Shown piece by piece: positions 43,628-60,149 of a stretch of DNA of 64,000 bases. Source of the stretch: the human T2T-CHM13v2.0 reference genome, Homo sapiens. Numbering within the stretch: the stretch's first letter is position 1; each line of letters begins with the position of its first letter. Location: NCBI RefSeq assembly GCF_009914755.1, contig NC_060947.1; one strand, 5' to 3'. The notes under the pieces were generated by a model. The model saw only the letters and a program-made list of their open reading frames with translations, had not been told where the DNA came from and did not search any database. Position numbers and translations under genes: made by a program.

Positions 43628-46057
43628 ATTTTCTATTTTCCTGGATGCTTGCTCCTTGTTTCTTTTTCCTTCTTTTTTAAAAAGTTTTTAAACTTTCAGA
43701 CTTTTTTAAATGTTGCAAAAATAGTACAAAAATGTCCTTATATCCTTTATTCAACTTCTCTAAATCTTACATAACCACCATAACCAAGAATAGTATCGGT
43801 AATCTACAGATATTCAAACCTCACCAATATAACCAATGTCCTTTTTCTGGTACAGGAGCCGGTTGAGTGTCATATATTACATTCAGTTGTCAAGTATCTT
43901 TAGTCTCCTTTAATCTGTGACAGTTCCTTAGTCTCTTTGTCTTTCATGACCTTAACAGTTTCGAGAATATCTGACTCCTTAAAATACACGCGGTGATAGG
44001 TGACTACGGGAGCTCCAGCTCACCGTGGATTTAGCAAAATACCAAGTGATGACAAGAAGTTGCTTTTAAATGACCCATCTTGTATTTCATCGTCAATAAA
44101 ACCACACTTAGTTACCCAAAGACTGAGAAGGGAAAAATTCTATGTAATTATTTGATCATCTTTTTTTGTGGAGAGAAAAAAAACTGACAAAACAATGAGC
44201 TCTGGAATAGAATACAGTAGAGGCATCATGCTCAAAGAGAGTAGCAGATGTGGCCAGGGAAAGGTCACATGTAGAAAAGGGATACACAAGTGATGGCGAG
44301 GTGTATCGAGGAATAATTAACAGTTGAATAAAAATGCATTAATCAGAATGTCAAGAGTTCAAACTAGAAAGATTTTGAATTTTAAATGCATTATAAATAA
44401 AATCCACCTCTCTCCAAATAAAGCCCTCTGTAGAATTTTGCTTTAGCTCTTGTTTCTCTCACCAGAATAGAGAAGCGAGTATCACCTTTGGAGGATATAC
44501 TCTACCATTCTCTGAAACTGTTTTTTTGCATTCAGCTACCTCGCTATTATAATCAGCTGAGAAACACCATAGCCTTTCACTAACACAGGTCAAAGATTTC
44601 TCCCAGGATCAACAAAGCTAGATTCAAAATTGCTCCTTTGAACACATGCAATTTGTGTGCATCAGTTTCGATCGCTGGGGTTCTTGAGGAGACTAACAAA
44701 TTGCAAAGTGTACTTTCAGAGGAAGGGCCTAACCATCCTGGGGGGTCCTAGAATTGGGTCCTTTCACAGGCAGATCTGGAGAAGATAGGAGAGGGCAGGA
44801 AAGGAAAGTGAAGGATATGAACACTATGTGTTCAGTGTGCAAAGGCCTGCTGGCATTTTGCCTATGGGAATTCTGAAGTCTGGGCACATAAGGTTCAGCT
44901 GCAGTTGCAGTTTTCAACAGTCGTCCTTATTTTTATAAACATTGTTATGATTATTCAGACACGGAACTTGTGATTACACTATTTGCTCCTGTTCTGAACT
45001 TGAGGGAGTCCACTTAAGCTAACAAGTAGGTTTTTGAGGACATGTGTGGCAAATGCTTACCCAGTGAAGGGATTAAGGGGCTCAGTAAGCACTTGTCCAT
45101 TGGCACAATGGCTGCCAATCTAATTCTATTGATTCCTCTAAATGTTTCTGGAGTTCAGAAATCTATTCAATCCAAGGGCACTTTACCTGGGGTCCTGGGA
45201 GCCAAATGTCAACGTAGTTCTTAACCTTCCTAAGCCTCTTAACCTTCTGGGTACAACCTCTATATTTGTCTTCTGGCTAAAATCATTTCCCCACCCCCAG
45301 CCCAGTCCTTTGGACTCTCCCAGGCCAATTCCTGGCAAGATCTTTGTCGAACTGTATTTGCAAACCAGGGTCTGGGGCACGGTGGCAGTTCCTTCGTCTG
45401 CTGTTCCCTTAATTTCGTCTGGTTTCACTGGCTCCAGGACAGCGCACGGTCTAGAGTGGGAAGAGTGAGGCATTCACCTTGGTGAAAAACAACTCAGTAA
45501 TTAAGACAAATGATTTTTCATGTACTATTTTAAAAAAATCAGAAGCAATGCAAAAATCCATGATGAACAAATGATCAACATTTGAAATACAGACAGGATC
45601 CCAACCTGCACTTGCATGACCTTGTCTCGCTTGCCTCACCCTAAACCCAGCCTTGACACTCCAATTAAACTTTATTTACAAAACAAGGGGGCCGGCCAGT
45701 AGGATGTAGTTTGCCCATACGACTTTTTTAAAGTATCGCATTGACTACTGTTTATCTCGATGACTGAAGGGTTCTTTTGGCATCCCTGTAGCAAATGCGT
45801 CTCACCCTAGTCCTGGTCCTGCTCCAAGGGTTTTTGTCCAGGCACATCGTGACCTCACCCTTCCTCCCCTCTCCGAGGCCTCTCTCAGGGTCCAGCGTTC
45901 AAGTCCCGGGTGTTCTCTGGACCCGCCCCTTCCTCTCGCCGGGTCAGGTGCCGAGGGCGAGCACGGGCGGCGCGGAGAGCAGTCCCGGCCCGCCCTCCAC
46001 GACTCCTCCTCCTGCGAGCTGGGCCACTCAGCGGCTCTGCCGCCCAGCGCGCCGGGG

Positions 46058-46150
46058 CCCAGACCCCGCCCCGGCCCCGCCTCCGACGCCTGCCGCTCCA
46101 GCTCCGGCTCCCCCTATATAAATCGGCCATTTGCTTCGCTCCGCCCCGCA
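46058..46150 (+). promoter_or_regulatory. SLC25A5: SLC25A5 core promoter: tandem GC (Sp1) boxes, TATATAAA (46115-46122), GC box next to the TSS
   Basis: CCCCGCCCCGGCCCCGCC, TATATAAA and CTCCGCCCC motifs 70-150 bp upstream of the ATG. Confidence 0.85.
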
Positions 46151-46215
46151 GCGCCGGAGTCAAAGCCGGTTCCCGGCCCAGTCCCGTCCTGCAGCAGTCT
46201 GCCTCCTCTTTCAAC

Positions 46216-46326
46216 ATGACAGATGCCGCTGTGTCCTTCGCCAAGGACTTCCTGGCAGGTGGAGTGGCCGCAGCCATCTCCAAGACGGCGGTAGCGCCCA
46301 TCGAGCGGGTCAAGCTGCTGCTGCAG
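46216..46326 (+). CDS. SLC25A5: ADP/ATP translocase 2 (ANT2), coding exon 1
   Basis: [37 protein letters not shown]; donor CAG|GTACGT. Confidence 0.98.
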
Positions 46327-47360
46327 GTACGTCCTGGGATCCAGGAGCCCAACCAGGAAGTGGGGGGAAGGGTCGCACAGAAGGCGGGCGCCCGAGGGGT
46401 GGCGGGGAGCGAACTCTAAAGACATGGCCAGGGAAGCGGCTTAGGAGAGGCCAGAGCGGGGCGCAGAGGCAGAACAGAAGTCAAACTGGTGGGAGGCGCC
46501 TTTAGTGACCTGAAGTAGTGAGTCTAGGAAGGGGCCGGGGGCAGAGGGCAGGACCAGGCTCTCGGCATCTCCGAGGCGGCGGACTCGGATGGAGCAGTTT
46601 CTGAGTGACGGCCTCCCCGGGCCTGGGCGTCAAGGGCGAAGGCCGAAAGCCGGCGTTAGAAAGAGGAACGCCAGTTCTTACCGAAGACCTCAAGGTCGCG
46701 GCAAGGAGATAACTGCCCGGGGGAGGCCATGCGCCCGGGTCCAGCGGCCTCCCAGCCCGCGGACGCGCTCAAACCTCGCCGGGCCGGAAGCCGGCGCCGG
46801 GAAGCGCGTGTGCCTTTTACGTCCGCCCCCGCGCAGCCGCGGCCGCTGCCGCCGCGTCTCCGCCTGCCTCCCTGCGCCGCGCGCTCTCCAGTGCCGGCTC
46901 TAGAGGGCGCTCCTGGGCTAGCGTGTAGGGCTGGCGGCGGCGGCGCTCGGGTCACCTCTGGGAGCGGAGTGGGGGCGGAGCGAGACGGAAGCAGCTCAGG
47001 AGACTTGAGGCGTAGGCTGCGGTCCCCAAGGTGACCGCGCCCTATGTGGGACTCGCCCTAATGCCTCTGAACCTGGGTTTGAGGTAATGACCTTTCTCCT
47101 AGGTCTGAAGGTCACGGGTCCGCTGGAGGATGCCCCCTCTCCACTCAGAGGGGTGGAGGCTTAATGCTACTGGTGCAGATCACCTCTTCCCCTGTGACAG
47201 CCTCAGAGGGTTGGGAGGGTCCAGCCAGTATGATATACGAAGACTAGATTTGAGAGAGGGGAGCCTACCTTAAAGGGCATTGATCGAGATGGCATAAGCT
47301 CTTCTCTTTCCCTTCCCCATGGTTATAACTGTCCCTGTTGGCTTCCTTCCTGTCTGTTAG

Positions 47361-47847
47361 GTGCAGCATGCCAGCAAGCAGATCACTGCAGATAAGCAAT
47401 ACAAAGGCATTATAGACTGCGTGGTCCGTATTCCCAAGGAGCAGGGAGTTCTGTCCTTCTGGCGCGGTAACCTGGCCAATGTCATCAGATACTTCCCCAC
47501 CCAGGCTCTTAACTTCGCCTTCAAAGATAAATACAAGCAGATCTTCCTGGGTGGTGTGGACAAGAGAACCCAGTTTTGGCGCTACTTTGCAGGGAATCTG
47601 GCATCGGGTGGTGCCGCAGGGGCCACATCCCTGTGTTTTGTGTACCCTCTTGATTTTGCCCGTACCCGTCTAGCAGCTGATGTGGGTAAAGCTGGAGCTG
47701 AAAGGGAATTCCGAGGCCTCGGTGACTGCCTGGTTAAGATCTACAAATCTGATGGGATTAAGGGCCTGTACCAAGGCTTTAACGTGTCTGTGCAGGGTAT
47801 TATCATCTACCGAGCCGCCTACTTCGGTATCTATGACACTGCAAAGG
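47361..47847 (+). CDS. SLC25A5: ANT2 exon 2 (487 bp)
   Basis: TTAG|GTGCAG acceptor; [16 protein letters not shown]...YFGIYDTAK; donor G|GTAAGT. Confidence 0.98.
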
Positions 47848-48072
47848 GTAAGTTTGCTGTGGGCTTTAACGTTGTGTTCTTAGGAGACAGTTTAAAAGAG
47901 CATTGTACCAACCTAACAGTCCAAGAGCTAAAGAGTTGTTTTTTTAATTGCTAAAGGAAGCCAAGATCATCCAATGCAACCCTTGTGTACAGATGACGTG
48001 TTTAGGGGATGTGGGGAAAGGAAGTCAGTAAAACTCTGCTTTTTGGTAAAAGCATCTCTTTCCTATTCCCAG

Positions 48073-48213
48073 GAATGCTTCCGGATCCCAAGAACACTCA
48101 CATCGTCATCAGCTGGATGATCGCACAGACTGTCACTGCTGTTGCCGGGTTGACTTCCTATCCATTTGACACCGTTCGCCGCCGCATGATGATGCAGTCA
48201 GGGCGCAAAGGAA
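48073..48213 (+). CDS. SLC25A5: ANT2 exon 3 (141 bp) with the RRRMMM signature
   Basis: CCCAG acceptor; RRRMMM at 48177-48194; donor A|GTAAGT. Confidence 0.98.
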
Positions 48214-48513
48214 GTAAGTTCCACTTGAGCAGAAGATAAAGTTGTAGTCGTGGGGCAATCTGCTGCCACAAACTGGTGATACATACCTTTAAAAATGGCT
48301 GTCTGTCCAAGTCAAGGGATGGGGTTGATAGCATCTGTGTCTGTTCCACAACTGCCTTTGAGCTGGCCCTTCAGATGCCTATGAATGAGGGTGCTTAAAT
48401 GGTGTTAGAGGTTAAGACCAATGGGTAGTCTGTATTCCTGTGGTCATAGCATTAATATTTCAGTGTTGCCCATGCTAATGTGTGAATGTTGGATTTAAAG
48501 CTGACGTTCTTAG

Positions 48514-48759
<246 letters not shown>

Positions 48760-48999
48760 GTTATTTCCTAGGATTTTTCCCCCTGTGAACAGGCATGTTG
48801 TATTATATAACATATCTTGAGCATTCTTGACAGACTCCTGGCTGTCAGTTTCTCAGTGGCAACTATTTACTGGTTGAAAATGGGAAGCAATAATATTCAT
48901 CTGACCAGTTTTCTCTTAAAGCCATTTCCATGATGATGATGATGGGACTCAATTGTATTTTTTATTTCAGTCACTCCTGATAAATAACAAATTTGGAGA

Positions 49000-49115
49000 A
49001 ATAAAAATATCTAAAATAAATTTTGTCTGCAGTATATTTTCATATAAAAATGCATATTTGAGTGCTACATTCGAATAAATACTACCTTTTTAGTGAATGC
49101 TACATTTTTAATAAA
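49000..49115 (+). terminator. SLC25A5: SLC25A5 polyadenylation signal cluster
   Basis: AATAAA at 49000, 49015, 49074 and 49110. Confidence 0.8.
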
Positions 49116-49380
49116 TGCTACAGTATCTCCGGAGATGAAGAACTGTCTTTTTAAAACCAATTGTCAGCAGTCCGCTTAACAGAATAACTTGGTTGTGCCA
49201 CCCACAAACATTTCCAACACATTAGCAAAGGAATTCAGGCCCAGTGCATCCAAAAAACATTGTTCCATTGCCTATGGATGATCATAGCTGAATGAGCTTT
49301 CTCCAAGAAATACTATGAACCCACCTTCTCTAGTCCTATGGTTATTAATCATGAGCCATGAGCTGAATTATCCACTTTAA

Positions 49381-50427
<1,047 letters not shown>

Positions 50428-51348
50428 CTCAAGCCATTTTTAATTCCATTCAGAGTAGAGGATTAGAGCTGGCACAGTTACATAGTGCTGAGATTGCAGT
50501 GCTGTTAAAGATTATGAAGAGGGCCAGACATTGGCCACGACCTCAAAACTAACCTTACAAAGAGGAAATAGCATCTGCCTTTTGCTTCATGCTAATAAGC
50601 CCAGTCAATGGAGGGCATTTATGTTTATTTTCAATAAACCCTTATTTGGAATCCATGTGACAGTGTTTGGACTTTCTGTATCTCTTGATTAGGGCTCAAA
50701 TCCAGTGGATTTTGCCATGAGATTTGTACTAAGAATGCAGCATTATGTCTGTCAAGCCACAACTTTAAAAATGATAGAACGGGTGCTCCATGTGTACATG
50801 TAAAGCTCATTCTTGAGGAATATCCCACACACTGGCATGTATAAGAGCTATTCACAGAGAGGTCTGCATGGCATGGATGAATGCCCAAGGATCCCAGAGT
50901 TTATGTTTGTCCTCTGGCCAGGCACCTGAATCGTAGTATAGCTTAGTTATTAAGAATTCTGTTCTGGTATCAAAGAGGCCTGGGCTGAAGTTCTGGACTC
51001 TGATGTTCAGTTGTGTTAGGCCAAGTTACTTAATTTTTCTAAACCTTGGTTTTCCTTATCTGTAAAATGAGGCTATTAATAATGCCTGCCTCAGAGGGTT
51101 GTTGCAAAGATTAAATAATTTATGCCAAGCATCTACCATAGAACATAATAAGCATTACATAAATGGTGACTGACAGTTCTTAGGAGGCAGATTTCAGGGG
51201 CTCTAGAATCAATCAGACATACCTGGATTTTAATCCTGGCTCTGCTGATTACTGTGTGACTTTGGGCAAGTCACTTAATCCCCGGGAGCCTCAGTTTCCT
51301 CGTCTGTGAAGTGGGGATATAATAGCGCTTATATATTTCTTTCCTTCC

Positions 51349-51770
<422 letters not shown>

Positions 51771-53278
51771 TAAGCATAAGAAAGCATGTAGAGCCAGAAG
51801 TATGGTGCCTGGCATTTAGCAAGCACTCCGATGTGAACTTTCACATAATACGGCACCCAGGTTTGTTGAGTGAAGATTTGCCCAAGTACAGCACTGCTTA
51901 AGAATGAATTCAAGCTCACCTTTCTTTTTCTGCAACAGACTAGATATACTATATTGTGTAGCATTTATACAAAATAAACTTCAGGTTAGTTCTTTTTCAG
52001 TTGTAGATTTTATTCTTGAAAGGGGATAAGAGGCTCTCCAGTAAGGGCTGCATACACGATGCAAGAGGAGCTAAGCCCCCTTTATGGTTATTACAATAGA
52101 TGTGGACTCACTGAGCTGGCAGCTATTAAAATAAACCTAGGACCAGGCATTAATGATCAGAAAGCAAGAAGTGGTGCCTCCTGCAATTGGGTAGCTGACA
52201 TAGATGAGGTGGGGGTTTTTTTTTGTTGTTGTTCTTTCTATTCTTGTTCAATGATTTTTGAAATTTAATTTAAAGACAAAGTGGTTTTAATCTCTCCAAG
52301 CTGTGCAGGATAGTGCTATAGAATTCATTATGTCCATTACGCTCATGCGAACGTTGATGGTACACAATCTTAGCAACACCCTAATTTATGCCGTTGTTTT
52401 GTTACTATTCAATACATAACAGGATCCGTGAAGCCTGATTCCAGGTGAGAGAGCCAGAACACAGGTCAGCTTGTGCACAGCCGTGCTTCCTATTCCAAGG
52501 GCCCTCTGCACTCAGTGACTGGAAGCAGCGCGCTACGGGCGCTCCGGACCGCCGGAGAAAGAAACGAGGGGTGTCTTCCCAGAGCGGCAGTTTTCGTGAA
52601 TGGTAAGTCATTTAAACCGTCATTTTTTTGTATCAAAAGAGATGCAGAGATGCTAGAGAGTCTATTAATTTGAAGGCATTTTAAAAACATAAACTGCAAA
52701 GAGAGTTTTGGTATACAAGGGCCATTTCTGGCACTGCCCCCAGACTCCAATTCAGTCTCCTCTATCATTACAGATACTTTGGGAGAAAAAATTTTTAAAG
52801 TACTGCTGTACTGTATCATAGATTTTCAAGCATCCGTGTTACTGGGGTAAATTCTATTTCTCCTTTGAAGTTTGTGAACGTAGTATTTCTAATTTGCTTT
52901 TGAGGTTTTTAATAGTTAACATCTGTACATGGTAATAAAAGCCAAATAGTAAAGAAAATATGTAAAACGAAAAGTAAACATCTTCCTGTCCTGCGTTTCT
53001 CATCACTAGCCCCCTCCTCAAAAGTCACCGTTATTAGCAATTTCTTGGCTATCCATTCCCCCAAAATTAATGCATATTGCTGTAACGGCTGCTGATTTGT
53101 TTTATCGGAATCGTATTCTGACCACCTGGATTCAAAATGGCATGATTCTTTTAGAACCGAGTCATACTGTGGAGTACCAGGACTAACAGAAGCTGTCGGA
53201 GGCAGGAGGGCAGGGAAAGGGTAGCTTCCGGACTCTGAGCAAGGATTTCTAAGTGTGGCCATTTATTAAAATCCTAAC

Positions 53279-53311
<33 letters not shown>

Positions 53312-54888
53312 GCGGGGGTTGGGGGGTTAGTTTTGGTTGCTGAGTGACCTGGAGACAAGTCACTTCTAACATCAGGGTCTTAGTTTCTTATCCTTGAATG
53401 GAGAAATTTGGGGAAGAGACAAACTCTAAAGTCCCTTCTAGTTTAGACGTCCTCCAGCTCCATCATTTTTGCAGAAAGCAGAACCAGTGAAAGGACCAGG
53501 ATTAGGTGATTTAATCCTTTCAGAGAACATTTTAAAATATCTAACACAATCGTAAATGAATAGTCTCTGACTCAGAGCAGTCATTTACAGACTGTGTGGG
53601 TGGTTTGGCATTGGCAAGTAAAATTACGAATGTAAAGATTTACATTAATTTCAGGACCAAGAAGCTGAGCAACAAATTACAGCTCGGTGTTTGGGTCAGA
53701 GGTGCTCTGATTTACCTCAAAATAATTAACATCTGTCTTCTCAAAGCCTCATCTTATTATGTGTAATGTGCACTTCCGTATGCAGGTTGAGATTTATTTG
53801 AACAACAAATATTAGGCGCTGCAATTTCGGACACAAAAATGCCTTGTGTTCCACTCCAAATGTTTGGAGGAGCTTTCCTATCATTTCAGCCATTATTTGC
53901 TTTATGTGCAGGTGAACAAGGTCAGATGCATGGTGCTCTTCTTAGCCAAAGGCTTAAGAGAGCCTTTGGTATCCCGGCAACAAATATAAACAGTATTCAA
54001 GCGACAGATTGGGCAGTTGCTTTCACTAGACCCTCATCAGAGACAAAACTGAGTTAAATTAAAGGAGTCTATTAATCCTTGGCTTTTCCGTGACTATCAG
54101 GGAAGGGGACAGAGAAACGAGGGGGTTATTTTTATGGCGAGCATCCATCCTGGGATTTCATTTCCTTGGGCAACTTTCGTAACATGGGGAGGCAATTTAG
54201 CACTGTTGAGATTTTAGAGAACATGCCGAATCTGATCACATGACATGTTACACTGTCTCTAATGTTTTCAGTCCCAGAATAGAGATGGTTATGGTTGCAA
54301 GGACATAACCAGAATAAAGTATCAGTTAAATAGCTGTTGACTGGTAACTTCCGAGGGCCTCGTGTTTGGGAATGAAAAGGAAAACTCTTCTGTCTAAATG
54401 AACTCCAATACCCAGTTTGGCAAGAAGCAGAGATATCTTATGGGCAGAGGCAAAGGCAGATGTACTGTGGAGCTAGGGGTGCTTCCCCTTTGGAGCCACC
54501 CCTTGCATGGGCCCCTCCCAAGCCCTAACCATATATTCATTTGGTCATATGGTTTGGCAACATTTTCAAAAGACATATTTTGTGTTTTTAAAAAGAGGGA
54601 GCCAAATCATATAAGCTGACACTTCCACAAAACTCAGATCCATTCCTGCCCGTGGAACTGGAGTGGATGAAGGAATTTGGAGGCAGCCCTGTACATCAGG
54701 GAGAGGTCTGGGGCTTCCTCACCACCTGACCTTCCTCGGAGCACACCGCTCAGGACTCACTCATGAGAAGCTTTGAGGCTAGAGGTCTCATTTTCAAATA
54801 CCAAACTTTCTTACTTGACAACAATTCAACTTTTACTTAACTGTTTTGTGCCTTAGTTTCCCCATGTGGAATATGGGGATAACTTTAG

Positions 54889-55327
<439 letters not shown>

Positions 55328-56973
55328 TAAATTATTTTCACTTCATTCATGGGAGAATGGTTTAATGGATTTATCCTTTTCCTGCAGATTTTCTAAAACA
55401 GTCTCAAGAAAATGCTATATATACTATAGAAAGTGGATCACACACACACACACAGAGAGAGAGAGAGAAGGTTGTAAAGAAAGAAAAGGACATTTTTGGA
55501 ATGGACTGAATGAATAGAAACATGTGCTTATGGTGATAATCCTGAGCTCTAACTCAGAGCACTTATTTTACAACACTGATTATGAAAGAGACCAAAGGTC
55601 AAAGATAAATCCGTCCTGCCTCACAACCAGACTGCACTGCTCACCTGACCCAGGGGCCACTGTGTGGTCACCAGGATTCTTCTCACAGCTTCCTTTGCTC
55701 TCGTAGTATTTCAAGGAACCCATGAGGTCCCAGCCTGATTACCCAACCCTATGACTTCACTCCCTAGGGAAAGAAGCTGCAGGGAGGAGAAAATTTACTG
55801 AGACCTTTAGAAGCAAAGGATCTCCTTTCACTTTCACAACTAAGTCCAGGGTTCAGGAGTCCATTTATTACAAAAATTGAGCTTCATAATGGCTTTATCC
55901 CAGAAGTGAAGATCAGGGGGTAAGGACGCTTGGGCTTCTGGGTAAAAGCGTGCTGTTTGCCAATTAGGGTAGAAAGCTAGGAGTTTGACCACTGAAATTG
56001 TAATCCCACTTCGGCTCCATGTTTCTTTGTCTTGGGTCATATCACATCCCGTCACTAGTTAGTGGCTCAGTTTGTCTACCAGGAAACCTGGAAATCAACT
56101 TTCCTTTTTAAGCTACAATATAATTCCTCAAATCTACTGTGGGCTGTGGTTCTTTTTGGAGTTTCTAGGGCTAGATAGATTGAATTAAGTTAAGCCTGCG
56201 TCTTCAGGTTAAACAATCGATACAACCAGGTAACAGTAATTTCTCTAAAACTACAGAATCAAGATCATAGCTCATTATTTTGACATCTTATATGCCAGAT
56301 GTTGTGCTAAGCACTTTACATGGATTAACTGTCCCTATTGTCTCAACAGCCCTAAGAAGCAGGTATTATTATTCACTCCATTTCACAGCTATGAAACCGA
56401 AGCTTAGAGAGATGAGATAATGTCCTCTGAGCTATCTGACTCGGCAAAAGGTTTCAAAGAGAACTTCAAGGTGACCCTGTCCAACTATTTATTTTGGGTC
56501 ATGAACTATATTAAAATATGAAAGCCGGCTAGTTTCAATACCAACTGACAAAATCCATTTGACAAATATTAAATAGAAATTATAATAACCTCAGTTGGAT
56601 AAAAAAAGAGATAACAAAAGAAAAAATAAATTATAATAACCAAAGCACTGTTTGTAAAGTCCATTTTTAGAGTATGGGTTATTTTCTATTTTCAGCCAAT
56701 TTAAGAATTATGGTCATTAAAAACTACTTGACCCTAAAGCTCTAGAGTTAAATTTGAATTTATTCACATTTCTTTGGCTTTTCCAAGACAGATCTTCCTT
56801 TTAAATGACGGCTCTTCACAAGGAATACTGAGCCTCTCTCTAAGGTTACAAGCCTGAGGCTGGGGTCATTAGGACTTTGCGTAAGGCCCATACCAACTAA
56901 CAACCACAGGAGGAGTTGGTGTTGGCCGCACCCTTACCTCTAACCAGGGTTGGCTCTCAGAAAAATGCAGTGA

Positions 56974-57663
<690 letters not shown>

Positions 57664-58129
57664 CTATGTCATTCACTTTCATATTTCCAAGCTTGGCTGT
57701 ACTATTGTTTTTCCCAGCATGCCCTTACCTGCCCCTCTGCCAGGGCATGATCCTTCAAGACCCAGCTCAGATTGCACCACCTCTGGGAGCCTTCCCAGAC
57801 TCCACCTGCCCATACTCATTGCTCTCTCCTCTGTACTTCTAAAGTAATCTATCTCTGTCAGCTTCACAAAGGCAGATATTTTGTCTGTTTCATTCATGTG
57901 TCCCCAGTGTCTAGAACAGTGCCTGGCACATAGTAGATGTTCAAGAAATAGTTGTTAAGTGAATGAATTATAATGTTTATTTCATGGTATCACAACCAAG
58001 TATTTATTTGTCTGTCCTCATTAAGGGCTATGTCTCGTTTCTCTTTACATTCCTAAAACTGAGCATAGAACCTAACACATAGTGAATGTGTGGTAAATGT
58101 TTGCTGAAGGAGGAGATAAATGAGAAAAT

Positions 58130-58919
<790 letters not shown>

Positions 58920-60149
58920 TTACATAATAATTCAGCAAATGTCCGGGGCCTTTTGACTTGCAGCTATTGTTTTTCCAGACCCTGGGCTTACAGGGAAGAT
59001 CTGGATATTGCAGGGGTTGGGAAATCAACTGGTTCCTGTACTGCTGCTATGTTGTCCATGCTAGAGAACCAGAGAGGCGGGACCTTGGCACACACCCCTC
59101 CCCTCCTGAAATCTGTATGAAAAACAGCTGACTCCACATCCAGGGCTTCTACCATACTGTGTTCATGGGATGCTGGCCTGTGCCACACATGTGCTGGCCA
59201 TCTTGTCATGAGCCCCTAACACAGAGCCCTCCACATAGTAATTGCCTGATGGATGTCTGGTTGTGATGATGACAATATTGAACAGTGGCTGTCACACAAC
59301 ATGACTCAGGCCACTCCAAGGGGAGAGGAACAGACATGTTCCTGGGGCACCTGAGGACGCTGCCGATAGAGCTGTGCCAACTGCACGCCCATGTGACTGA
59401 TTAGGGCTGATTAGGCCAGACCTGCTCCCAGACCTGGGCCTAATGTTCCCAGCTTCTAAGACTATTTCAGCCACTAAAAGCCCATGAGAACCCTTGAGTG
59501 AATGTGGCCCTTTTTGACGTGCTCAGGAAGCAGGCAGAGTTTGTTCTCTCTCACTTGTGAGTGGGAGGCCTCCAGGAGTGCAGCAGCGGACTTGCTCAGT
59601 AGTAACATCCATTGTCATTTCTTGAGCTTTGACTATGGGCCAGGCACTCTTTTAATTGTGGATACTCATTTAATCCTTTCAGTGGCCTTATGATGCAGGT
59701 GCTAAGATTACCATTTCCCAGATGAGGAAACCGAGGCACCTGGCAAACCACGTGTAACACCTGCAGATGAAAACCCTGAAAACAAAGGGAACCCCCCCCC
59801 AACTTAGAGAGAGTCAGAAAGTAGCACTTAATGCTGCGGTGCCTGGAAAATAACCACGGAGGCCCAGAGGAAGGGAGGGGTTCAAGCTCTTTAGGGACCA
59901 TCGGCCTGCTTGGGGACCTACCCATGTGAGGAGCCCCTGGAGAGGCGCTTGGTGCAGTGGTTAAGAGCATGGTTCCGCCCCTTTCCAGCTGTGAAATGGT
60001 GAGCAAGATTCTAAGTCTCACTGCCTCACCTTGCTCAGCCGGAAAATGGGGTCAAGAACACTACTTGCCTGGCACTGTAGTGAGGATGAAATAAATTAAT
60101 ATTTGCGAGGCGCTTGGCACAAAGCCTAGCATATAATATGCGCTTAAGT

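Larger units (their letters stand above)
43735..46820 (-). ncRNA. SLC25A5-AS1: Antisense lncRNA overlapping SLC25A5 exon 1 and promoter (approximate limits)
   Basis: Based mainly on recalled annotation of this locus; sequence support is limited to the CpG island and a minus-strand AATAAA (TTTATT at 43746-43751). Confidence 0.4.
45850..47120. promoter_or_regulatory. SLC25A5: CpG island of SLC25A5
   Basis: Dense CpG and high GC content around exon 1. Confidence 0.92.

Noticed and set aside
45100-45118. TTGGC...GCCAA palindrome as an NF1 site upstream of ANT2
   Set aside because: Spacer is 9 nt rather than the 5 nt of a full NF1 site; at most two half sites
45910-46215. Open frame upstream of and in frame with the ANT2 ATG (possible N-terminal extension, CTG at 46189)
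   Set aside because: Mostly upstream of the TATA box; GC-rich stop depletion; weak context and no evidence from sequence alone
47848-47954. ORF-track extension of ANT2 exon 2 to 197 aa
   Set aside because: Read-through into intron 2 past a canonical GTAAGT donor
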